A DNA stretch of 64,000 bases, from NCBI GenBank assembly GCA_963704885.1, contig CAVPIB010000004.1, forward strand, positions 928,001 to 992,000, read 5' to 3'. Positions 48,113-56,650 of this stretch are shown here, in pieces. A program made the translations under genes and the position numbers. This stretch comes from an uncultured Actinomycetes bacterium. Lineage in GTDB: Bacteria > Actinomycetota > UBA4738 > HRBIN12. The notes under the pieces are model-generated. The model was not told the DNA's origin. It did not search any database and was given only the letters and a program-made list of their open reading frames with translations. Every line of letters begins with the position of its first letter. The first letter of the stretch is position 1.

Positions 48113-48507
48113 CGAGCGTCCTCCTTCATGGTCTCCCTCGTCCGCTCCCCCGCCGAAGGAGCCGTTCGCAGGGTGCGGCGCCCGACGAGCACGAGCACCC
48201 CCGCAACCGCAACGAGCAGGGCGGCCACGATCAGGATCGCCGCCCAGGTGGGCATCACCAGGGCGAGCGCCGCCGCGACCGCAGCCGCCGCGAACCCCAG
48301 GGCGAACAGCGCCACCGCGCCAGCTGCGGCCATCATCCCCGCGCCCTGCGCGCGGATCGATGCGGCCTCAACCACCTCGATCTTGGCGAGCTCGACCTGC
48401 TTGCGGAAGAGCGTGCGGGATCCATCGACGACCGACGCCACGACCACGCCGAACGGCCGCTTCGCCCCGCCCTCCGGGCTCTCTTGATCACCGTTTCGAG
48501 CACTCAC
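48085..48507 (-). CDS. Actinobacterial holin-like (YqjE/HolX-type) membrane protein
   Basis: LFRKQVELAKIE, 2 TM segments, ERTRETMKED. Confidence 0.75.
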   Translation of the reverse strand: MSARNGDQESPEGGAKRPFGVVVASVVDGSRTLFRKQVELAKIEVVEAASIRAQGAGMMAAAGAVALFALGFAAAAVAAALALVMPTWAAILIVAALLVAVAGVLVLVGRRTLRTAPSAGERTRETMKEDARWAKQQMAR

Positions 48508-48645
48508 GATCTGGCCTCCCTTCGTTGACTACCACTTCCTTACCCTACGCAGTCAGGTTGCCCGTTCCGGCCAGTCATGCGATAACGAACATCCGTCCGC
48601 ACGTCGGGCGGTCAGTCACGCGCCAGCGGAAGGAGATGTGCGCCC

Positions 48646-49515
48646 ATGTTGCCCTCTCGCTTCGAGTACCACCGACCGTCGACCCTGGATGAAGCCCTCG
48701 ATCTGCTCGCCACCTACGGCGAGGACGCCAAGGTGCTCGCCGGCGGTCAGAGCCTGATCCCCATGATGAAGCTGCGGTTCGCGTCTCCGGCTCACCTGAT
48801 CGATGTGAACAGGATCGCCGGCCTTGACGGCATCAGCGACGGCGACGGAGGCCTGAAGATCGGCGCCCTGGTCCGGCACAACCAGCTCGCGGCCTCAGAC
48901 GTGGTGAGCGCTCGCTATCCCACGATCGCCTCGGCGGCGCCGCAGATCGCCGACCCGTTGGTACGCAACCTGGGGACCATCGGCGGCTCGCTCGCCCACG
49001 CGGATCCCTCGGGCGACCTGGGCTCGGTGATGCTCGCGCTCGGTGCGAGCGTGGTGCTGAAGAGCGCGAACGGTGAGCGCGAGGTCCCCATCGGCGAGTT
49101 CTTGGTCGACACGTTCCAGACGTCGATCGCACCGGGTGAGATCCTCACCGAGATCCACGTGCCGGCGCCGGGTGCTCGTTCAGGCGGCACATACCTGAAG
49201 CTCGAGCGCAAGGTGGGCGACTACGCCACCGTGGCGGCCGCGGTCTTCCTGTCCATGAGCAACGGCACGATCGGCACCGCCGGCCTGGCACTCACGTCCG
49301 TTGGTCTGATGAACATCAAGGCCACCGCGGCCGAGGCCGCCTTGGTCGGCCAGGCGCCCGGCGTCGCCACTTTCGCGGAAGCGGGCCGGCTGGCAGCCGA
49401 GGCCTCGAGCCCCGTATCGGATGTTCGCGGCAGCGCCGACTACAAACGCCACATGGTCGACGTGTACGTCCGGCGCGGATTGGCGACCGCAGCCCAGATG
49501 GCCGGCGCGGCCTGA
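48646..49515 (+). CDS. coxM: Aerobic CO dehydrogenase medium (FAD) subunit
   Basis: LAGGQSLIPMMKLR, VRNLGTIGGS, KLERKVGD; first gene of M-S-L order. Confidence 0.9.
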   Translation: MLPSRFEYHRPSTLDEALDLLATYGEDAKVLAGGQSLIPMMKLRFASPAHLIDVNRIAGLDGISDGDGGLKIGALVRHNQLAASDVVSARYPTIASAAPQIADPLVRNLGTIGGSLAHADPSGDLGSVMLALGASVVLKSANGEREVPIGEFLVDTFQTSIAPGEILTEIHVPAPGARSGGTYLKLERKVGDYATVAAAVFLSMSNGTIGTAGLALTSVGLMNIKATAAEAALVGQAPGVATFAEAGRLAAEASSPVSDVRGSADYKRHMVDVYVRRGLATAAQMAGAA

Positions 49516-49537
49516 GCCCGAGGAGGAGACGCGAACC

Positions 49538-50023
49538 ATGGAAGTCACGATCAAGGTCAACGGAGCCGACAGGACGGCCGACGTCGAACCTCGACGTCTG
49601 CTGGTCCACGTGATCCGCGAGGACCTCGCCCTCACCGGCACCCACATCGGCTGCGACACGACGAGCTGTGGTGCGTGCACGGTCCTGCTGGACGGCGTCC
49701 CCGTGAAGTCCTGCACCGTGTTCGGGGTCCAGGCCGACGGCCGGGAGGTCACCACCGTCGAGGGACTGGCTACAGCGGCCGGTCTCGACCCTATCCAAGC
49801 CGCGTTCAAGGAAGAACATGGTTTGCAGTGCGGCTTCTGCACGCCGGGGATGATGCTCGTCGGTTCCGCGCTCATCGCGGAGAACCCGGACCCAACCGAC
49901 GACGACGTCCGGTGGGCGATCTCGGGGCAGATCTGCCGGTGCACCGGCTACATGAACATCGTGAAAGCGATCCAGGCCGCGGCGAAGGCGAAGGCTGAGG
50001 CCTCCGCACCCGCCAACGCCTGA
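49538..50023 (+). CDS. coxS: Aerobic CO dehydrogenase small (2Fe-2S) subunit
   Basis: GCDTTSCGAC, QCGFCTPG, CRCTGY; GAGGAGG RBS. Confidence 0.92.
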   Translation: MEVTIKVNGADRTADVEPRRLLVHVIREDLALTGTHIGCDTTSCGACTVLLDGVPVKSCTVFGVQADGREVTTVEGLATAAGLDPIQAAFKEEHGLQCGFCTPGMMLVGSALIAENPDPTDDDVRWAISGQICRCTGYMNIVKAIQAAAKAKAEASAPANA

Positions 50024-50043
50024 GCGGAAGGAGCCAAACGAAG

Positions 50044-52401
50044 ATGGTAGACACCGAAGAGATCCGCGGGATCGGACACAGCGTCCGTCGAGTGGAGGAC
50101 GACCGGTTCATCCGCGGCGCCGGCAACTACATCGACGACATCAACCTCCCCGGGATGCTGCACATGGCCATCCTGCGGAGCCCCTACGCGCACGCGAACC
50201 TCAAGAGCGTCGACGGTTCGAAGGCGCAAGCGCTCGACGGCGTGATCGCCGTCGTGACCGGTGAGCTGATGGCGCAGCACAACCTGGCGTGGATGCCCAC
50301 GCTGTCCGGCGACACGCAGGCGGTCCTGGCGACAGACAAGGTTCGGTTCCAGGGGCAGGAGGTCGCGGCCGTGATCGCGACCGACCCGTACGTCGCGAAG
50401 GACGCCTTGGAGCTGATCGAGGTCGACTACGAGCCGCTGGACCCGGTCACGTCCCCGCAGCAGGCGCTCGGGGCCGACGCACCCGTGATCCGCACGGACA
50501 AGGAAGGTCAGGCCAACGACCACATCTACGACTGGGAGACAGGCGACAAGGAGGCGACCGACGCGGCGTTCGCTGCTGCGGACAAGATCGTCTCGCTGGA
50601 TACGTTCTACCCGCGTTGCCACCCGGCCCCGTTGGAGACGTGCGGCTGCATCGCGGACGTGAGCCCGGCGACCGGTCAGGTGACGATCTACATGACGTCG
50701 CAGGCGCCGCACGCGATCCGGACGGTGTTCGCGCTGGTGGCAGGCTTGCCCGAGGAGAAGATCCGGATCGTGTCTCCCGACATCGGGGGCGGTTTCGGGA
50801 ACAAGGTTCCCGTCTACCCGGGCTACGTCGTGGCGACGGCAGCGTCGCTCCTGCTAGGCCACCCGGTCAAGTGGATCGAAGACCGGTCGGAGAACCTGAT
50901 CTCGACCGGGTTCGCCCGCGACTACCACATGCACGGCGAGCTCGCGCTGAAGAACGACGGGACCATGCTCGGTCTGCGGGCGTCGCTCCTGGCAGACGAG
51001 GGCGCGTTCTACGCCGACGCCCAGCCGTCCAAGTTCAAGGTCGGCTTGTTCCACATCGTGAGCGGGTCCTACGACCTGCCCGCGACCCACGTCACGGCCG
51101 AGGGCGCGTATACGAACAAAGCGCCCGGCGGCGTGGCGTACCGATGCTCGTTCCGCGTGACGGAGGCCTCGTACCTGATCGAGCGCCTGGTGTCTAACGC
51201 CGCCTACGAGCTGGGGATGGATCCGGTCGACATCCGGAAGAAGAACTTCATCCAGAAGGACCAGTTCCCGTACACGTCGTCGACGGGCTTCGTCTACGAC
51301 AGCGGCGACTATCAGGCCGCCATGGACAAGGCGCTCGACATGATCGGATACGACGACCTCCGCAAGGAGCAGGCGGAGGCACGGGCGCAGGGCAAGCTGT
51401 ACGGCATCGGCGTCGCGTCGTTCACCGAGGTCGTGGGGGCAGGTCCCGCCAAGGACTACGACATCATCGGCATCAAGATGAACGACGGCGCCGAGCTGCG
51501 GATCCACCCGACCGGCAAGGCGATCCTGAAGCTCAGCTGCCAGACGCAGGGTCAGGGCCACGAGACGACCTTCGCTCAGATCGTCGCCGGCGAGCTGGGC
51601 ATCCAGCCCGAGGACATCAAGGTCGTGCACGGCGACACGGACAACACGCCGTACGGATTGGGCACGTACGCCTCGCGTTCCACGCCCACGTCGGGCGCGG
51701 CGACCGCGATGGTCGCCCGCCGCGTTCGAGAGAAGGCGATGAAGCTGGCGGCACACCTGCTCGAGGTCGCCGAGGAGGACATCGAGTACGAGGCCGGGAA
51801 GTTCTCGGTCCGCGGCGCTCCGGATCAGGTGAAGTCGATCCAGGACGTGGCGTTCGCGGCGTACACGAACTTCCCCGAGGGCATGGAGGCCGGGCTGGAA
51901 GGCGTTTACTACTACAACCCGCCCAACCTGACGTTCCCGTTCGGGACCTACGTCGTCGCGGTCGAGGTCGACCCCGAGACCGGCGTGTGGAAGGTCCGGC
52001 GGATGGTCGCGGTGGACGACTGCGGCGTGCGGATCAACCCGATGATCGTGGAAGGCCAGATCCAGGGCGGGCTCACCGAGGGCTACGCCATCGCGGCGAT
52101 GGAGCTGATCACGTTCGACGAGGTCGGCAACGCGATCGGCACGAACTTCATGGACTACCTGATCCCGACCGCGTGGGAGACGCCGAAGTTCGAGCTGGGC
52201 GAGACCGTCACGCCGTCGCCGCACCACCCGATCGGCGCGAAGGGCGTCGGCGAGTCGGCCACGGTCGGCTCCCCCGCCGCCTACGTGAACGCGGTGATCG
52301 ACGCGCTGTGGCCCTACGGTGTGAAGAACATCGACATGCCGGTCACCTCGGCGAAGGTCTGGGAGGCGTTGGAGGCCGCTAAGGCAGGTTCCTCGGCGTG
52401 A
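50044..52401 (+). CDS. coxL: Aerobic CO dehydrogenase large subunit, form I
   Basis: Active-site loop GGVAYRCSFRVTEA (51136-51156), GGGFGNK, QGQGHET, PHHPIGAKGVGES. Confidence 0.96.
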   Translation: MVDTEEIRGIGHSVRRVEDDRFIRGAGNYIDDINLPGMLHMAILRSPYAHANLKSVDGSKAQALDGVIAVVTGELMAQHNLAWMPTLSGDTQAVLATDKVRFQGQEVAAVIATDPYVAKDALELIEVDYEPLDPVTSPQQALGADAPVIRTDKEGQANDHIYDWETGDKEATDAAFAAADKIVSLDTFYPRCHPAPLETCGCIADVSPATGQVTIYMTSQAPHAIRTVFALVAGLPEEKIRIVSPDIGGGFGNKVPVYPGYVVATAASLLLGHPVKWIEDRSENLISTGFARDYHMHGELALKNDGTMLGLRASLLADEGAFYADAQPSKFKVGLFHIVSGSYDLPATHVTAEGAYTNKAPGGVAYRCSFRVTEASYLIERLVSNAAYELGMDPVDIRKKNFIQKDQFPYTSSTGFVYDSGDYQAAMDKALDMIGYDDLRKEQAEARAQGKLYGIGVASFTEVVGAGPAKDYDIIGIKMNDGAELRIHPTGKAILKLSCQTQGQGHETTFAQIVAGELGIQPEDIKVVHGDTDNTPYGLGTYASRSTPTSGAATAMVARRVREKAMKLAAHLLEVAEEDIEYEAGKFSVRGAPDQVKSIQDVAFAAYTNFPEGMEAGLEGVYYYNPPNLTFPFGTYVVAVEVDPETGVWKVRRMVAVDDCGVRINPMIVEGQIQGGLTEGYAIAAMELITFDEVGNAIGTNFMDYLIPTAWETPKFELGETVTPSPHHPIGAKGVGESATVGSPAAYVNAVIDALWPYGVKNIDMPVTSAKVWEALEAAKAGSSA

Positions 52402-53325
52402 AGCCGGACGTCCTGGCGCTCGCCGCGGAGCTGTCGGGACGCGGTGAACCTTTCGTCCTTGCGACGGTGGTGTGGCGGCGGGCGCCATCGTCTGGCAAGG
52501 AGGGAGCCACCGCGCTGATCACGCCCGACCGGCGCGTGCGTGGTTGGCTCGGCGGGGCGTGCGCCGAGCCCACGGTGGTCCGGGAGGCGCTGAAGGCGCT
52601 CGAGGAAGGCTCTCCGCGCCTGCTGTTCCTGGGTTCGCCCGAGGAGCTCGAGGGGCGCGCGCGCGAGGGCGTCGTCACCGTTCCGATCGCGTGCCAGAGC
52701 GAGGGAGCACTGGAGGTCTACGTGGAACCGGTCCTGCCGCAACCGCAGCTCGTCGCGATCGGACGTTCGCCGGCGGCGAGGGCTCTCGCGGCGCTGGCGG
52801 CCGGTCTCGGCTGGCGGAGCCTCCTGATCGGGAGGAGAGCGCCGAGTCGGCGACGGGGTCGACGACCGGTCCTACGTCGTGGTCGCGACCCAGGGGCACT
52901 TCGACGAGGACGCCCTGGAGCGCGCGCTAGCCACGCCCGCGGCGTACGTGGGCCTGGTCGCGTCGCGCAAGCGCGCCGAAGCGGTGCTCGGGTATCTGCG
53001 GGACCGCGGCGTGGCCGAGGAGGCGCTCGCGCGCGTCCACGCACCCGCCGGGCTCGACCTCGGCCACGTCGCCACCGACGAGATCGCCGTGGCGATCCTG
53101 GCCGAGATCGTCCAGCTGCGGGCGGCCGGGTCGCTCGAGTCGGGGATGGTCACCGAGGCGCCCGCGCGGCACGAGGAGATCGACCCCGTCTGCGCCATGA
53201 CCGTCGACGTGGCCGATGCGCGGTTCCGGACCGTGCACGACGGACTCACTTACTACTTCTGCTCCGCGGGATGCCTGGCGTCCTTCACGAAGGATCCGGC
53301 GTCGTACGTCGCGGTCGCTCCGTGA
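52398..53325 (+). CDS. XdhC/CoxF-like protein with C-terminal YHS domain, one apparent frameshift near 52830
   Basis: GWLGGAC, CQSEG, then VVATQG, PAGLDLG, DPVCAMTV...YYFCSAGC in another frame. Confidence 0.8.
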
Positions 53326-53347
53326 CGGCACCGGTAGGCTGGTCGCC

Positions 53348-53942
53348 GTGCTGATCGAGAACGAGTTCACCGTCGCGGCCGACCCCGCGTTCCTGTGGAG
53401 CTACCTCTTGGACGTGGAGAAGATCGCGCCGTGCATGCCGGGCGCCGAGCTCACGGAGGTCGTCGACGACAAGAACTGGAAGGGCAAGCTCAACGCGAAG
53501 TTCGGCCCTGTTTCGCTTTCGTTCGCGGGGACGGTCGTCATGGAAGAGCGCGACGATGCGGCGCACCGCGTGGTGCTCTCGGCGAAGGGTATGGAGGCGA
53601 AGGGCAAGGGGGCGGCGAACGCCAAGGTGACGTCGTGGCTCGAGCCTCCGGTCGAGGGGAAGACGACCGTGAAGATGCAAGCGGACATCACGCTCACGGG
53701 CGCCGCCGCGCAGCTGTCACGCGGGCTTGCTCCCGGAGATCTCGAAGAAGCTGACGCAGCAGTTCGCGGACTGTCTGGAGCAGTCGATCACAGCGGAGAG
53801 CGGGGGCGGCGAGAAGGCGGGCGGCGAGGCAGCACCCGCGGTGGCCAAGCCCGTCGGCGGGATCGGCCTGGGCATCTCGGCGATCTGGTCGATCATCTCG
53901 AACTTCTTCCGCAAGCTCTTCGGGCTGAAGCCCAAGTCCTGA
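53348..53942 (+). CDS. coxG: CoxG (SRPBCC) protein, apparent frameshift near 53730
   Basis: IAPCMPGAEL, GAAAQLSRGL, then EISKKLTQQFADCL and an amphipathic tail. Confidence 0.8.
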
Positions 53943-53946
53943 GCCC

Positions 53947-54519
53947 GTGATCTCGGGCGTGGTGCTCGCAGCCGGAACCGGGTCGCGATTCGGTGCCACG
54001 AAGCAGCTCGTGGTCGTCGACGGCAAACCCCTGGCGCAACACGCGATCGACGCCTTGATCGACGGTGGGGTCGACGAGCTGGTGGTCGTGACGGGCCACG
54101 ACGCGGTCCGGGTAGCCTCGGGACTCGCGCTCCCCCCCGACGCACGGGTCGTCTACAACGCGGCGTACCGAGAGGGACAGTCGACGTCGCTCGGCGTCGG
54201 GCTCCACGCGCTCGACGACGACAGCGAGGCGGCCGTCGTTCTGATGGCCGATCAACCTGGGGTTGGGGCCGACGTAGTGCAGGCGCTCATCGAACGGTTC
54301 CGCGCCACCCGCAAACAGATCGTGCGCGCGATGTTCGAGGACGGGCCTGGCCCTTCGCTCTTGTCGCGCGAGATCTACGCCGAGGCGGGCCACCTGCACG
54401 GCGACGTGGGGGCACGCGAGCTGGTCGCTTCCCACCCGGAGTGGGTGGAGGAGATCCAGTGCCAGGGTCCGGCGCCGCGTGACGTCGACACCCCGGAGGA
54501 CCTTCCTACCGACCCCTAG
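53947..54519 (+). CDS. Molybdenum cofactor cytidylyltransferase (MocA-like)
   Basis: LAAGTGSRFG..KQL, ADQP, GDVGAR, DVDTPED. Confidence 0.85.
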   Translation: MISGVVLAAGTGSRFGATKQLVVVDGKPLAQHAIDALIDGGVDELVVVTGHDAVRVASGLALPPDARVVYNAAYREGQSTSLGVGLHALDDDSEAAVVLMADQPGVGADVVQALIERFRATRKQIVRAMFEDGPGPSLLSREIYAEAGHLHGDVGARELVASHPEWVEEIQCQGPAPRDVDTPEDLPTDP

Positions 54520-54941
54520 GGCTCGCTGCGAGAACGGACCATCGTTCGTTCGTCCGGGGACCCGAAGCCGAACTTCGCGTAGAGCTCGTGAGCGTCGCGC
54601 GTTCCCAGGTACCACTGGAGGTCGCGGTGCTCCGGGAACTCCACGGCCTCGCGCACGAGCTCCACGCCGATGCCGCGCCCCCGATGCTCCGGCAGCACGA
54701 AGACGTCGCCCAGCCACGCCATGTTCGACGCGTCGGAGATCACGCGACAGAAACCCACGAGCTGGTCGTCGTCGTATGCAGCGATCACGCGGGTCGACTC
54801 GCGCACCAGCCGCTCGACCGTCTCGCGCGAGCGCCCGGGAACCCAGTAGGCCTCCTCGCTCAGGTACCGATGCACGACGTCGACGTCCACGCGTGCGCGG
54901 TCGTCGTCGAGCTCCAGGCCCTCGCCGATCTGCCGTCTCAT
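54516..54941 (-). CDS. GNAT family N-acetyltransferase
   Basis: DVFVLPEHRGRGIG, DAHELYAKFGF. Confidence 0.9.
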   Translation of the reverse strand: MRRQIGEGLELDDDRARVDVDVVHRYLSEEAYWVPGRSRETVERLVRESTRVIAAYDDDQLVGFCRVISDASNMAWLGDVFVLPEHRGRGIGVELVREAVEFPEHRDLQWYLGTRDAHELYAKFGFGSPDERTMVRSRSEP

Positions 54942-54942
54942 C

Positions 54943-55758
54943 TCAGCAGGTCAGCCCCAGGCGCCGGTGCTGAAGCGCGGGGAGCCGCTGACGGATGTGC
55001 CGGAGCTCGCCCAGGTCCAGGTCGGCGAACCACACGCCGTCGCCCTCGTCGGGCGCTCGGACGACAACCCGACCCCACGGGTCCACGACCATCGAGTTCC
55101 CGTATGAGCGGCGTCCCTTCTCGGGCGCGCCGAACGTCCCCCACTGACCCGCCGCGACCACGTAGCACTGGTTCTCTATCGCTCGCGCGCGCATCAGGAC
55201 CTCCCAATGGTCCCTGCCCGTCTCTTGCTGGAACTGCGCGGGTACCAGGAGCACCTCCGCTCCAAGGACCATGAGCCCGCGGTACAGCTCGGGGAACCGG
55301 AGGTCGTAACAGATCGACAGGCCCACCCTGGCCTGATCGGTCTCGTGGGTCACCAGCTGGTCGCCCGCGGTGAACGTGGCCGACTCCCGGAACGGCGGCT
55401 GACCGGGCAGTTCCACGTCGAACAGATGGATCTTGCGGTAGTAGGCCACGAACTCACCTTCGCGATCGAAGAGGGTCGACGTGTTGTAGATGTGGCCCTC
55501 GGCGACCTCGAGGATGCTCCCGCCCAGCACCCACATCGAACGGTCGCGGGCGATCGACGCCAGGCGATCAGTCGTTGGACCGGGGATCGGCTCGGCGGCC
55601 TCGGCACGGCCCCGCGCCGAGCCGAGGTACGTGAACACCTCGGGAAGCACGGCGAGGTCGGCCCCTCCGTCGGCGGCCTCCCCCAGCAAACGCTCAGCGA
55701 GCGCAACGTTTGCGTCGACGTCCTCGCCGGATCGCATCTGACATATCGCCGCCCGCAT
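54943..55758 (-). CDS. Carbon-nitrogen hydrolase (Nit1-like)
   Basis: LPE, YRKIHLFD, SICYDLRFPE, RARAIEN. Confidence 0.92.
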   Translation of the reverse strand: MRAAICQMRSGEDVDANVALAERLLGEAADGGADLAVLPEVFTYLGSARGRAEAAEPIPGPTTDRLASIARDRSMWVLGGSILEVAEGHIYNTSTLFDREGEFVAYYRKIHLFDVELPGQPPFRESATFTAGDQLVTHETDQARVGLSICYDLRFPELYRGLMVLGAEVLLVPAQFQQETGRDHWEVLMRARAIENQCYVVAAGQWGTFGAPEKGRRSYGNSMVVDPWGRVVVRAPDEGDGVWFADLDLGELRHIRQRLPALQHRRLGLTC

Positions 55759-55769
55759 GGTCTGCAAGT

Positions 55770-56534
55770 CTAGGCGCGCTTGCGAGCCTTCCAGACCTCT
55801 TCGCTCGGCCATCGGTGCGCCCACTCCGCCGTGACGAACGTGGCCCCGGTCGTCGCGCCCTGCGGGGCCCGGATCTCGACTAGGTCCTCGATGTCGAAGC
55901 CGGTCGCGCGCAGCAGCCTGATCATGTCGCCGTACCCAAGATGGAAGTCGACCGCGGTTTCGTTCGTCCACTCGAACCGACGGATGCCGAAGTAGTCGCG
56001 CTGCATCGAGTTCGACGCGGGGACCTCCACGTCTTCGTCGGAGCAAAGCATCAGGATCGTTCCGTTGACGAGGAAGTGCAGGCGGCCGCCAGGTCGAAGG
56101 ACACGGGCGGCCTCGGGGATCCAAAGGTAGGGGTCCGCCCAGATACTTGCCCCGTACTCCGAGATCGCGAGGTCGAAGCTCTCGTCGGCGAACGGGAGAT
56201 GTTCGGCGTTGGCTTGCAGGGTCGGGAACGTAAGATCGAACTCCTCCTGGAGGCGAGTTGCGGTCCGCAGCTGCTCAGAGGAGTTGTCGATGCCCACGAC
56301 GTGCGCGCCTCGACGGGCGAGCCAGGCCGACACGTACGCGGTGCCACATCCCAGCTCGATACGGTCGAGACGCTCCGCCTCGTCCGGGAACATCACCACA
56401 TCAGACTCCGGCGTGTCCCAGATGCCCCAGCTCGGCTCGGCAAGCCAGGCGCGGTGACCCGGGTCCTCGTACTCCGCCGCCCATCCGTCCCAGGCAACTC
56501 GGTTCCTAAGTACGTGATCGGATGCGTCAGTCAT
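55770..56534 (-). CDS. Class I SAM-dependent methyltransferase
   Basis: ELGCGTA, LPFADESFD, RVLRPGG. Confidence 0.9.
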   Translation of the reverse strand: MTDASDHVLRNRVAWDGWAAEYEDPGHRAWLAEPSWGIWDTPESDVVMFPDEAERLDRIELGCGTAYVSAWLARRGAHVVGIDNSSEQLRTATRLQEEFDLTFPTLQANAEHLPFADESFDLAISEYGASIWADPYLWIPEAARVLRPGGRLHFLVNGTILMLCSDEDVEVPASNSMQRDYFGIRRFEWTNETAVDFHLGYGDMIRLLRATGFDIEDLVEIRAPQGATTGATFVTAEWAHRWPSEEVWKARKRA

Positions 56535-56650
56535 CGAAGATCCCCTCGGAGGGTGGGATGGGAAGCGCTTCAGCCCAGCCGATCCTTTCACTTACGCCGC
56601 AGCTCACCGCGCCGGGGCGTCCGCCGGGCCCAGCGCTCGGATGAGCGCGG

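Noticed and set aside
48085-48507. Holin-like gene as evidence of a prophage
   Set aside because: This family is a common chromosomal gene in Actinomycetota; no endolysin, capsid, terminase or integrase gene is nearby
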